Source of the DNA: an uncultured Bacilli bacterium
Lineage (GTDB): Bacteria; Bacillota_I; Bacilli_A; RF39; UBA660
Direction of reading: 5' to 3'
Length of the DNA: 64,000 bases
Assembly: GCA_947629235.1 (NCBI GenBank)
Contig: CANRCX010000004.1
Location: 13,191 to 77,190, forward strand
This document shows positions 17,355 to 26,087 of the stretch, piece by piece (position 1 is the first letter of the stretch; each line of letters opens with the position of its first letter). Below the pieces are notes generated by a model. It searched no databases. It was not told the DNA's origin and worked only from the letters and a program-made list of their open reading frames with translations. Both the position numbers and the translations under genes were made by a program.

Positions 17355-18539
17355 ATGACTATTTTATCTATATGTGATAATCCTGATGTTTTATCAATGT
17401 TTAGAGTAATTAAAATATTATTAACTATAGTAAGAATTGTTGTACCAATTATGTTGATAATTTCATTAGCATTAGATTTCACTAAGGCAACAATAGACGG
17501 GAATAATGATTCATTAAAAAAAGCTAGCACTCTTGCAGTAACTAAAGCTATAGCTGCAATTCTTGTATTCTTTATACCTAATTTTGTTCATATAGTTGTA
17601 AATGTTGTAAGTGGAGATGATACATATGAACAATGTTTATCTGATGCAACTATTGAAAAAATAAGTGCTGGATATGAAACTCTAGCATCTAGTTATATGG
17701 ATATGGTTAAAGAAAATTATAATGAATCATATTATAATCTTGCATTAAAAGCCGTTAATAAAATAAAAGATGAAGACTTAAAAAAAAAGAAATTAGATGA
17801 ACTTAAAGATATAAAAGCAGTAATTGATGCTAAAAAATATATTGATATAGTAAGAAAATCTAAAAATACTACTGATTATGAAAATGCAGAAGCAGCAATT
17901 GAAAAAATTAAAGATGAAACAATAAAAAGTGAGTTGTCAAAAGAATTAGAAGAAATTTCTTATTCAATGACACAGTATATAGAAGAGTATAGTAGTAATG
18001 GACTTATAGCAAATGCGGCCGGTATGCCATATTATAATCAATGTGATTCAAGATGGGGTAATCATGCATATGATATTACTGCAGCATATACTGCAACACT
18101 TTGTTCATCATCTTGTGGTTATACATCATTTTCTATGGTAGCAAGTGGACTTAATCATGATATGTCAATAAATCCTTTAGGAGTTGTACAATTTTTTAGA
18201 GGCACTGCCCCTACACATAAAGGATATGGAGCAATGAGTGATGCTGAGCTTAGAGATGCAAATAAAGTAGGACATTTTAATTTAGTTCCAGAAGTATTAT
18301 TTGGAAGATCAAGTGATATGAGTGAAACTAAAAAAGTTAAAATAATGACAGCTATTAATGCTGGAAAACCAGTTGTATTATTAACTCCAGGTCATTTTGT
18401 AGCACTAGCTCCTAGTGGTACTGGTAAAGTAGTATTATTAGATCCGTTTTATACTAATAAAAATGGAACATATACAGTAGATCAATTATATAGTAAAGTT
18501 GGAACATTTATGTATGCAGTTGCATATTCAAGAAAATAG
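17355..18539 (+). CDS. membrane protein with C-terminal C39-like (papain-fold) peptidase domain
   Basis: ATG at 17355 lies 7 nt after GGAGG; the track's GTG at 17340 is less likely. Two N-terminal TM segments precede PYYNQCDSRWGNHAY...LCSSSCGYTSFSMVASGL ... GHFVALAP, which is the Q..W / CG.t / H pattern of Peptidase_C39-like domains. Confidence 0.5.
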   Translation: MTILSICDNPDVLSMFRVIKILLTIVRIVVPIMLIISLALDFTKATIDGNNDSLKKASTLAVTKAIAAILVFFIPNFVHIVVNVVSGDDTYEQCLSDATIEKISAGYETLASSYMDMVKENYNESYYNLALKAVNKIKDEDLKKKKLDELKDIKAVIDAKKYIDIVRKSKNTTDYENAEAAIEKIKDETIKSELSKELEEISYSMTQYIEEYSSNGLIANAAGMPYYNQCDSRWGNHAYDITAAYTATLCSSSCGYTSFSMVASGLNHDMSINPLGVVQFFRGTAPTHKGYGAMSDAELRDANKVGHFNLVPEVLFGRSSDMSETKKVKIMTAINAGKPVVLLTPGHFVALAPSGTGKVVLLDPFYTNKNGTYTVDQLYSKVGTFMYAVAYSRK

Positions 18540-18543
18540 TGTT

Positions 18544-18571
18544 AAGTACTTTAAAATAAGTACTTTTTTTA
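18544..18571 (+). terminator. intrinsic terminator
   Basis: Self-complementary AAGTACTT (18544-18551) and AAGTACTT (18558-18565), then TTTTT. Confidence 0.65.
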
Positions 18572-18626
18572 TTGTATTTTTAATACTAATCATTTATAAT
18601 ATAGCTTATTAAAGAGGTAAAAAGGT

Positions 18627-18890
18627 ATGAAAAATTTTATAGATCCATTTTTATATAATGTACCACACTTAGATATTCATGGATATGATAGAACAGGTGC
18701 AGTAGCAGTAATTAAAATATTTATTGATAATAATTTAAGAATAGATGAAAAGAAACTTGTAATTATTCATGGTAAAGGAGAAGGAATATTAAAAAGTGCA
18801 ACTCATGAATATTTAAAGAAAGATAAAAGAGTTTTATCATTTAAAACAAATAATTTTAATGATGGAGAAACAATAGTTTATTTAAAGTGA
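18627..18890 (+). CDS. stand-alone Smr-domain protein
   Basis: 87 aa. LDIHGYDRTGAVAVIKIFI...LVIIHGKGEGILKSATHEYL matches Smr (LDLHG ... iIHGkG.g.L). Confidence 0.7.
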   Translation: MKNFIDPFLYNVPHLDIHGYDRTGAVAVIKIFIDNNLRIDEKKLVIIHGKGEGILKSATHEYLKKDKRVLSFKTNNFNDGETIVYLK

Positions 18891-18900
18891 GGAATTACAT

Positions 18901-19608
18901 ATGCAACAATATTTTAGTGTATCAAAAAAAGATAATACTTTATATTTAAATAATGATGAATTAAATCATATTAAAAATGTAATGAGAATGAAAGAAAATG
19001 ATGAAGTAATTATCGTTTATGAAGATAAAAGTTATATTTGTACTTTAAATAAAGATTTATTATCTGCTAATATTAAGGAAGAATTTAAATCATTAAAAGA
19101 CTCTAGTAAATTTATTGTATATGTTCCTTTATTAAGCGAAGATAAAATGAGTTTTATATTACAACATGGAACAGAACTTGGTATTACAGACTTTATAGTA
19201 GTAGAATATGAACATTGTAAATATAAGTTACCTAAAAAAGATTATGAAAAGAAACTTACTAGATGGAATAAAATAATTAAAGAAGCAAGTGAACAATCTT
19301 ATAGAATTAAAAAACCATCTCTTGAAAAAATAATAAATGTTAAAGATATAGAAAGTATATGTAATGTAAATATATTGTGTTCACTTGACAAAAGTAACGT
19401 AAAACATATTTGTAAAGTATTAACAAGTAAAAATCTCAATGATACAATTAGTTTAGTATTTGGACCAGAAGGTGGACTATCTAAATCTGAAGAAGAAATG
19501 CTAGTAAAAAAAGGATTTATTAAAACATCTCTTGGTGAAAATGTACTTAGGACAGAGACAGTACCTTTGATGATAGCATCAATAATCAAATACTTAAAGG
19601 AAGAGTGA
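18901..19608 (+). CDS. rsmE: 16S rRNA (uracil1498-N3)-methyltransferase
   Basis: 235 aa. The C-terminal SPOUT knot is LVFGPEGGLSKSEEEML...LGENVLRTETVPL. The conserved Firmicute rsmE-mtaB neighbourhood is present. Confidence 0.85.
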   Translation: MQQYFSVSKKDNTLYLNNDELNHIKNVMRMKENDEVIIVYEDKSYICTLNKDLLSANIKEEFKSLKDSSKFIVYVPLLSEDKMSFILQHGTELGITDFIVVEYEHCKYKLPKKDYEKKLTRWNKIIKEASEQSYRIKKPSLEKIINVKDIESICNVNILCSLDKSNVKHICKVLTSKNLNDTISLVFGPEGGLSKSEEEMLVKKGFIKTSLGENVLRTETVPLMIASIIKYLKEE

Positions 19609-19613
19609 TCAAT

Positions 19614-20300
19614 ATGAAATTTGATAAAATGTTAGATACATTTATTGAAGGAGATTATTTTATAATATTTTTAATACTTACAATTATTATATTAATAGTA
19701 TTAATTCTTGCATTAATAAAATCAAGAAAAGATTATAATGAATTATTAATTGAATCAACTGAAAATAAAGATAATGAATTAAATCTATTTATAAGTGATA
19801 ATGAAAATTTAAAACAAGAAGAACCTAAGAAAGAAGAAAATGATATCTTAGATGATTTAAATTCTCTTTATGCAACAACTGAAGAAGATATTATTAATGC
19901 AGAAGAACCACTTGTTAAACAAGTAGATATTAATAATATTAAAACATATGATGATGAAATAGATGAATATGAAAATAGTGAAGAAGAAAATGCAGTTATT
20001 TCAGCAGAAGAACTAGAAAAGAAAACTAGAGAAAGAATGGATGCACTTGGATTAACTGATAATCAAGCTGCAATTCAAAAATATGAAGAAGAGCAAGAAA
20101 ATAAGGCAATTATAAGTTATGAACAACTATTAAAAAATGCATCAAATATAACATTATCATATAAAGATGAAACAAAAGAAAAAGGTTCACCTAAAATAAA
20201 TAAAATTGAAGTAGAGCAAAAAGAAGTAGTTGGAACAGAAGTTTATTTGGAGGAAGAAGAATTCTTAAAAATATTAAAAGAATTTAGAATATCATTATGA
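19614..20300 (+). CDS. membrane-anchored acidic protein, unknown function
   Basis: The ATG at 19614 is preferred over the GTG at 19605. It has a single TM segment (FIIFLILTIIILIVLILALI) followed by a Glu/Asp-rich tail. Confidence 0.5.
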   Translation: MKFDKMLDTFIEGDYFIIFLILTIIILIVLILALIKSRKDYNELLIESTENKDNELNLFISDNENLKQEEPKKEENDILDDLNSLYATTEEDIINAEEPLVKQVDINNIKTYDDEIDEYENSEEENAVISAEELEKKTRERMDALGLTDNQAAIQKYEEEQENKAIISYEQLLKNASNITLSYKDETKEKGSPKINKIEVEQKEVVGTEVYLEEEEFLKILKEFRISL

Positions 20301-21562
20301 AAACATTTTTAATAAAAACATTAGGCTGTAAAGTTAATTCTTATGAAAGTGAATTTATAAGAAATATACTTCTTGATAATGATTATATGGAAGTAGAAGA
20401 TCATGCAGATATTTGTATTATAAATACATGTACTGTTACAAATACAGCTGATAATAAAAGTAAACAAGTTATTAATAATATAAAAAAGAATAATCCTAAT
20501 AGCATAGTTGTTGCTATGGGATGTTTTTGCCAGTTTAAAAAAGATAATATTCTAGATTATATAGATGCAGATATTATTGTTGGTAATAAATATAAAAGTA
20601 AAATATTAGATTTATTAAATGAATTTGAAAAAAATAAAAAGAGAATAATTAAATTTGATGATATGGAAAAGTCTATATTTGAAGATATGGAAATAAAAAA
20701 ATATGTTCATCATCATAGAGCATTTATTAAAGTAGAAGATGGATGTAATAATTTTTGTAGTTATTGTATAATTCCATATGTAAGGGGTAGAGTTAGAAGC
20801 AAAGATTTTAATAAATGTATTATGGAAATAAATGATTTATCATTATCTGGTGTTAAAGAAATAGTTTTATCAGGTATTCATACTGGTCAATATAATAGTG
20901 ATGGTAAAAGACTATCTGATTTAATAAATAAAATATCTGAAAATGAATTAATTAAAAGAATAAGACTTTCATCAGTTGAAATAGTAGAGCTTGATGAAAA
21001 AATGATGGAAATAATAAAAAATAATAATAAATTTGTATCTCACTTACATATTCCACTTCAAGCAGGTAGTGATAAAGTACTAAAATTAATGAATAGAAGA
21101 TATGATAAAAAATATTTTAAAGAAAAATGTGATGAAATTAGAAGTTATAGAAAAGATATAGCACTTTCTACTGATGTAATAGTTGGTTTTCCTGGTGAAA
21201 CAGAAGATGATTTTAAAGAAACTTTAGATTTTTGTCGTGAAATTGGCTTTTCTAAAATACATGTTTTCCCATATTCTGATAGAAGTGGAACAGTAGCTTC
21301 TCGTATGGAAAATAAAATACCAGGAAATATTAAAAAAGATAGAGTACATAGATTAATTGAATTATCTAATACTTTAGAAAAAGAATATTTTAATAAATTC
21401 ATTAATCATGAAGTAGAAGTATTAATAGAAGAATTAAAAGATGGATATTATTATGGTTTTACTGATAATTATATTCCACTTAAATTAAAAGGGGATTATA
21501 AAATTAATGAGATTTATAAAATAAAACTAACAAAAGAAGATATAAATTTTGATATGAATTAA
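20297..21562 (+). CDS. mtaB: tRNA methylthiotransferase, MtaB/MiaB family (radical SAM)
   Basis: N-terminal UPF0004 domain (LGCKVNSYESE ... NTCTVT), radical-SAM CNNFCSYC, and a C-terminal TRAM-like region. An ATGA overlap links it to the upstream gene. Confidence 0.8.
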   Translation: MKTFLIKTLGCKVNSYESEFIRNILLDNDYMEVEDHADICIINTCTVTNTADNKSKQVINNIKKNNPNSIVVAMGCFCQFKKDNILDYIDADIIVGNKYKSKILDLLNEFEKNKKRIIKFDDMEKSIFEDMEIKKYVHHHRAFIKVEDGCNNFCSYCIIPYVRGRVRSKDFNKCIMEINDLSLSGVKEIVLSGIHTGQYNSDGKRLSDLINKISENELIKRIRLSSVEIVELDEKMMEIIKNNNKFVSHLHIPLQAGSDKVLKLMNRRYDKKYFKEKCDEIRSYRKDIALSTDVIVGFPGETEDDFKETLDFCREIGFSKIHVFPYSDRSGTVASRMENKIPGNIKKDRVHRLIELSNTLEKEYFNKFINHEVEVLIEELKDGYYYGFTDNYIPLKLKGDYKINEIYKIKLTKEDINFDMN

Positions 21563-21590
21563 TAAAATAAGGTTAATTATTAAAAAAATG

Positions 21591-21619
21591 TTGATTATCA
21601 AATATATTTTTGATATAAT
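21591..21619 (+). promoter_or_regulatory. sigma-A-type promoter for tRNA-Met
   Basis: TTGATT (21591-21596), a 17-nt spacer ending in TGa, then TATAAT (21614-21619). This sits 19 nt before the tRNA 5' end. Confidence 0.6.
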
Positions 21620-21637
21620 TATCCTTGTAATTCAAAT

Positions 21638-21714
21638 GGCGATGTAGCTCAGCTGGCTAGAGCATCTGGTTCATACCCAGGAGGTCGAGGGTTCGAATCC
21701 CCCCGTCGCTACCA
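21638..21714 (+). tRNA. tRNA-Met (CAT), elongator type, CCA encoded
   Basis: Cloverleaf folded by hand: acceptor GGCGATG/CGTCGCT, D arm GCTC/GAGC, anticodon stem TCTGG/CCAGG with loop TTCATAC, T arm GAGGG-TTCGAAT-CCCCC. The 5' half is nearly identical to my recollection of B. subtilis elongator tRNA-Met. It lacks the initiator features (no 1:72 mismatch, no GGG/CCC anticodon stem). Confidence 0.9.
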
Positions 21715-21752
21715 AATTTATAGAAAACTCGAATAATACGAGTAAAATAGAG

Positions 21753-21779
21753 AACGTACTTGATAAAAGTACGTTTTTA
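21753..21779 (+). terminator. intrinsic terminator after tRNA-Met
   Basis: AACGTACTT (21753-21761) pairs with AAGTACGTT (21767-21775), then TTT. Confidence 0.65.
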
Positions 21780-21794
21780 TGTTATTATGTATTT

Positions 21795-21906
21795 GTCAAA
21801 GAAATTTGCATAAAATAAAAAAGGAATACCTAATTTTGATGAGTTAGGTACTATCCTAAAATTATTTCAGTTTAGTACCGACTTATACAGTTGGTACTAT
21901 TTTATT
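21795..21906 (+). ncRNA. candidate antisense sRNA (type I antitoxin-like), ends approximate
   Basis: Promoter TTGATA-17-TATTAT (21760-21788) is homologous to the promoters at 34717 and 35060. Hairpins are AGGAATACCTAA/TTAGGTACTATCCT and TAGTACC(21873-79)/GGTACTA(21893-99), followed by TTTTATT. It is fully complementary to the 3' UTR and last codons of the minus-strand small ORF. Confidence 0.3.
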
Positions 21907-21974
21907 AATATGATTAAAATCACAATAATAAGGAGTATTATGATAGAGCAAAGATATTTCTCTGATTTTCTCAT
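21897..21974 (-). CDS. 25-aa hydrophobic peptide, type I toxin-like (not in ORF track)
   Basis: MRKSEKYLCSIIILLIIVILIILIK. GGAGGTG lies 7 nt upstream of the ATG. It has its own promoter (TTGCAT-17-TGgTATAAT on the minus strand near 22046-22075) and its own terminator (AGGATAGTACCTAA/TTAGGTATTCCT + TTTTTTATTTT ending near 21815). Confidence 0.4.
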   Translation of the reverse strand: MRKSEKYLCSIIILLIIVILIILIK

Positions 21975-22121
21975 AATTTCACCTCCTTTCACTTTAAAAA
22001 GTAAAAGAGAATAGTACCTAAACTAACTAAGTATTCCTAAAATAATTATACCAAACAAATGTTTTTGATGCAATGCTTTTATATTAAATTTTGACAATTT
22101 AAGAAACACATTTGCTTACTA

Positions 22122-22152
22122 TCAAAAAACTACTCTTAAACAGGGTAGTTTA
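22122..22152 (-). terminator. intrinsic terminator of the 209-aa gene
   Basis: On the minus strand: AAACTAC, an 11-nt loop, GTAGTTT, then TTTTGAT. Confidence 0.5.
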
Positions 22153-22154
22153 TT

Positions 22155-22784
22155 TTATCTTTTTTTAATTAATTTAGATACATCATTTGAATTTTCAGTT
22201 TTAGATTGTTCTGAGTTTTCTAATAATATTAAATCATAAAAATTAATACCACATTTATCATAAATTGACTTTATTTCATCAAGTGTAATATTTTCAGTAT
22301 ACCATTCAAAATATTTTTGATAATTTTTACTATTTTTAAATAATAATAAGCGTCCAGATACAGTAAATAAATCAATAATATCATTATCATTAACATCTGT
22401 ATTTACTCTTTTGAATCCTAATCTTTCTAAATCTAATACATTATTTAAATTAGATACACTTTTATATGAGCAAGGACTTAAATTCAATTTCTTTTCTATA
22501 TAATCTGTTAAATAAGATAAAACTTTAAATCCATCTTCACGACTCATTCCATCAGGAAGCATAAATGGTTTAAATGGCCAATCAATTACACCTATATTAT
22601 TATCTGTTTTACCATACTGTTCACCAATTCTGTGATAATTAACATAGTGTAATCTATATATATTTTGATTTCCAATTTGATGATCTTCTAGTTCTGCTTC
22701 AAATTCATAATTTTTATTAGTAGTTTGAGATAAATCTGAGATTTTACTTTTTAATTTTTCTAAATTTTCTTTTAAACTCATCAT
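22155..22784 (-). CDS. hypothetical protein
   Basis: 209 aa with an AAAGGAGG RBS. No motif recognised. Confidence 0.6.
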   Translation of the reverse strand: MMSLKENLEKLKSKISDLSQTTNKNYEFEAELEDHQIGNQNIYRLHYVNYHRIGEQYGKTDNNIGVIDWPFKPFMLPDGMSREDGFKVLSYLTDYIEKKLNLSPCSYKSVSNLNNVLDLERLGFKRVNTDVNDNDIIDLFTVSGRLLLFKNSKNYQKYFEWYTENITLDEIKSIYDKCGINFYDLILLENSEQSKTENSNDVSKLIKKR

Positions 22785-22848
22785 AAAGTCCTCCTTTGCA
22801 TGTATTATTTTATCATAAAAAACTATTATTTCAATGATTTATTACATA

Positions 22849-22874
22849 TAAAAACTACTTTTAAGTAGTTCTAT
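22849..22874 (-). terminator. intrinsic terminator of the ASCH gene
   Basis: AACTACT (22853-59) pairs with AGTAGTT (22864-70) around a 4-nt loop, with T-runs on both strands. Confidence 0.55.
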
Positions 22875-22883
22875 TTTTTTAAT

Positions 22884-23225
22884 TTATAATAGTTGTATTC
22901 TAATACCTAAGACACCATATTGTTCTTGCTTTTCTTTTGTATAAAATTGTTCAAGATCTTTAATTAATTTTTCTTTTGTTATAGATTTATCAGCAAGAAG
23001 TGCAATATCAAAATCTTTTAACATATCTTCAAAATTATTATATCTTAATAAACCAATAACTTTAGCTTCAAAAAAATTATTTACTTGTGAATCATTTATA
23101 AATTTAATAGTGTCACCAAGAACTATTTTTTGTCTTTTCTCATCATATAATCTTATTTCAATTCTTTTAGTTCCATTAAGTATATAGTTATAATATTCAG
23201 GTTGTAATTTCATTTCGTATTTCAT
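22884..23225 (-). CDS. ASCH (ASC-1 homology, PUA-like) domain protein
   Basis: 113 aa. MKLQPEYYNYILNGTKRIEIRLYDEKRQKIVLGDTIKF... matches the ASCH beta-barrel start (l...y...i..G.K..E.Rl.d.kr..i..GD.i.f). Confidence 0.65.
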   Translation of the reverse strand: MKYEMKLQPEYYNYILNGTKRIEIRLYDEKRQKIVLGDTIKFINDSQVNNFFEAKVIGLLRYNNFEDMLKDFDIALLADKSITKEKLIKDLEQFYTKEKQEQYGVLGIRIQLL

Positions 23226-23341
23226 TTTATTTTCTCCTTTAAATTATTTTATCATAAATATAATATTATGGTAATATTAATTAAAGTAATATAAGTTATA
23301 ATTGTTTGTTCATCAAATTTACACAAAAATTACACAAATTA

Positions 23342-23370
23342 TTGTATACAAAAAAATTTAGTTGTATAAT
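23342..23370 (+). promoter_or_regulatory. sigma-A-type promoter of the Dlt-like operon
   Basis: TTGTAT (23342-47), a 17-nt spacer, then TATAAT (23365-70), 41 nt before the ATG. Confidence 0.5.
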
Positions 23371-23411
23371 GTTTTTAGTGTGAAAAAATTTGTTAAAAGG
23401 AAGTTATAAAA

Positions 23412-24914
23412 ATGTATAATGTAGTAGATTATTTAGAAAATACAACTAAAAAATATGGTAATAAAATAGCTATTATAGAAGAGAATAATAAAATAACTTA
23501 TAATGATTTTAACAAATATTCTAAAGTAGTAGGATCATTTATAGGAAGTATAGTATTTAATGAACCAATTATAATATTTATGGATAAGGGAATAGATGCT
23601 TTAATTTCATTTTTTGGATGTATTTATGCAGGATGCTTTTATACTCTTATAAATCCAGAGCTTCCTAGTGTTAGAATAGATCATATTAAAGATACAATTA
23701 AATCTAAAATAGTAATTACTGATGATGAAAATTATGAATTAGCAAAAACTTATTTTAGTGATTTAACTATTAAAAAAATTAGTGAATTAAAAAAAGGTAA
23801 AATAAATAGTGAAATACTTGATAAATGTTATAGAAATCATATTGATACAGATCCTTTATATGTAAATTTCACATCAGGTTCTACTGGAGTACCAAAAGGA
23901 GTGGTAATATCACATAAAAGTGTAATTGATTTTATAGATGAATTTACAAAAACATTTAAGTTTAATAAAAATGATATAATTGCAAATCAAGCTCCATTTG
24001 ATTTTGATGTTTCGGTAAAAGACATTTATTCAAGTATAAAAGTAGGAGCTACATTATTAATTGTACCTAAGAAATATTTTTCAAATCCATCTTTGCTTTT
24101 AGATTATTTGTGTGATAATAAAGTTACTACTATGACTTGGGCTGTGTCGGCACTTTGTTTAATTACAACTTTTCATGGACTTGATTATAAGGTTCCAGAA
24201 ACTGTAAATAAAATATTATTTAGTGGTGAGGTAATGCCTTTAAAACATTTAAATATATGGATGCAACATTTACCAAAAACAAAGTTTGTAAATGTATATG
24301 GACCTACTGAAATAACATGTAATTGCCTATATCATATAGTTGATAGAAAAAGAGATTATAAAGATAAATTACCAGTAGGATTTCCTTTTAAAAATGAAAG
24401 AGTATTTTTATTAAATGATAAAGACGAAATAATAAAAGACAAAGATATTGTTGGTGAAATATGTGTATCAGGAACTTGTGTAGGACTTGGATACTATAAT
24501 AATACTGAATCTACAAATAAAAGTTTTACTAAAAATCCAAATAATTCTAGTTATAGAGAAACAATATATAGAACAGGTGATTTAGGATATTATAATAACT
24601 TAGGTGAAATAATGTTTAATGGTAGAAAAGATTTTCAAATTAAATATTTGGGTCATAGAATAGAACTAGAAGAAATAGAAAAATCAATGATGGATATTGA
24701 TGAAGTAAATCGTGGATGTGTAATATTTGATGAAGAAAAATCTAAATTATATGGGTTTTATATAGGAAATATAGATAGAAAAAATTTAAGTATTAAATTA
24801 AAAGAAACTTTACCAGTATTTATGATACCAACGAAACTTATACAATTAAATGAATTTCCACTTACTAAAAATGGAAAAATTGATAGAAAAAAATTAATGG
24901 GTGATTACAAATGA
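23412..24914 (+). CDS. stand-alone amino-acid adenylation enzyme (DltA/NRPS A-domain type)
   Basis: 500 aa with FTSGSTGVPKGV, NQAPFDFDVSVKDIY, FSGE, VYGPTEITC, YRTGDLG, GRKDFQIKYLGHRIELEEIE and TKNGKIDRKKL. Confidence 0.85.
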   Translation: MYNVVDYLENTTKKYGNKIAIIEENNKITYNDFNKYSKVVGSFIGSIVFNEPIIIFMDKGIDALISFFGCIYAGCFYTLINPELPSVRIDHIKDTIKSKIVITDDENYELAKTYFSDLTIKKISELKKGKINSEILDKCYRNHIDTDPLYVNFTSGSTGVPKGVVISHKSVIDFIDEFTKTFKFNKNDIIANQAPFDFDVSVKDIYSSIKVGATLLIVPKKYFSNPSLLLDYLCDNKVTTMTWAVSALCLITTFHGLDYKVPETVNKILFSGEVMPLKHLNIWMQHLPKTKFVNVYGPTEITCNCLYHIVDRKRDYKDKLPVGFPFKNERVFLLNDKDEIIKDKDIVGEICVSGTCVGLGYYNNTESTNKSFTKNPNNSSYRETIYRTGDLGYYNNLGEIMFNGRKDFQIKYLGHRIELEEIEKSMMDIDEVNRGCVIFDEEKSKLYGFYIGNIDRKNLSIKLKETLPVFMIPTKLIQLNEFPLTKNGKIDRKKLMGDYK

Positions 24915-26080
24915 ATTATGAAGAAATAGTTAAAAAATATAAAACACCATTATTTATATATAATATTGATACTTTAATTGATAGAATAAATTATTTAAAA
25001 AGTAAACTTACAGATAAATATGATTTAGTATATGCAGTAAAAGCAAATACATTTATAGCAAAATCTATAGAAAAATATGTATCTAGATATGAAATATGTA
25101 GTAATGGAGAATTTAATATATGTAATAATCTTAATATTGCTCATAATAAAATGGTTATATCTGGTGTTAATAAAGATTATGATTCAATTGATAATATGAT
25201 TAAAAACTATGATATATTAAAATATACTATTGAATCTATTAATCAATTTAAATTATTAACTGAATTATCTAAAAAGTATAATAAACAAATACATGTATTA
25301 ATAAGACTTACAAGTAATAATCAATTTGGTGTAAGTGAAGATGATTTTAAATGTATATTAAAAAATATAGATAATAATTATTTGTTATTAGATGGTATTG
25401 AATACTTTTCTGGTACTCAAAAAACAAAATTAGAAAGAATAGAAAAAGAAATAGATTATTTAATAGAATTTACAAATAATATTGAAAATGAATTTAATAT
25501 AAACATTAATGAAATAGAATATGGAGTAGGTCTTCCTGTTTACTATTACCAAGGAGATACATTTAATGAAGATGAATTTTTAGATAAAGTTAAAACAATT
25601 TTAGATAAAATAACAAATAAAAAAGTAGTATTAGAACTTGGAAGAAGTATAGCTTCTTCTTGTGGAAGTTATTTAACAAGTGTAGTAGATATGAAAACAA
25701 GTAAATATGGAAATTATGTAATAGTAGATGGTGGGATAAATCATTTAGTATATTATGGTCAAACAATGGCTATGAAAATACCATATTATGAATTATTACC
25801 TAAAGTAAAAACAAAAGATGAAGAAACTTATAATATATGCGGTTCTCTTTGTACTATAAATGATTTTCTAGTTAAAAATATTAAAACAAGAAAGTTAAAT
25901 ATTAATGATATATTTGTATTTAAAAATACAGGTGCTTATTCAAGTACAGAAGGAATTAATTTATTTTTAAGTAGAGATTTACCTAAAATAGTATTAATAG
26001 AAAATAATAAATGTAAATTAGTTAGAAAAGATATTAAAACAAGTGATATAAATTTTCCAAATTATGATATAAAGGAGTGA
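24911..26080 (+). CDS. fold-type III PLP-dependent decarboxylase (Orn/DAP/Arg decarboxylase family)
   Basis: TPLFIYNIDTL...YAVKAN (PLP lysine), EYFSGTQ, DGGINHL, and ICGSLCTINDFL (active-site Cys). The ATGA overlap with the adenylation gene suggests translational coupling. Confidence 0.75.
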   Translation: MNYEEIVKKYKTPLFIYNIDTLIDRINYLKSKLTDKYDLVYAVKANTFIAKSIEKYVSRYEICSNGEFNICNNLNIAHNKMVISGVNKDYDSIDNMIKNYDILKYTIESINQFKLLTELSKKYNKQIHVLIRLTSNNQFGVSEDDFKCILKNIDNNYLLLDGIEYFSGTQKTKLERIEKEIDYLIEFTNNIENEFNININEIEYGVGLPVYYYQGDTFNEDEFLDKVKTILDKITNKKVVLELGRSIASSCGSYLTSVVDMKTSKYGNYVIVDGGINHLVYYGQTMAMKIPYYELLPKVKTKDEETYNICGSLCTINDFLVKNIKTRKLNINDIFVFKNTGAYSSTEGINLFLSRDLPKIVLIENNKCKLVRKDIKTSDINFPNYDIKE

Positions 26081-26087
26081 AGTAAAA

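Noticed and set aside
21715-21752. att-site-like duplication of the tRNA-Met 3' end as evidence of a mobile island.
   Set aside because: The G/C-rich 3' segment of the tRNA would stand out in this sequence. I did not see it again between 21.7 and 23.4 kb, and there is no integrase.
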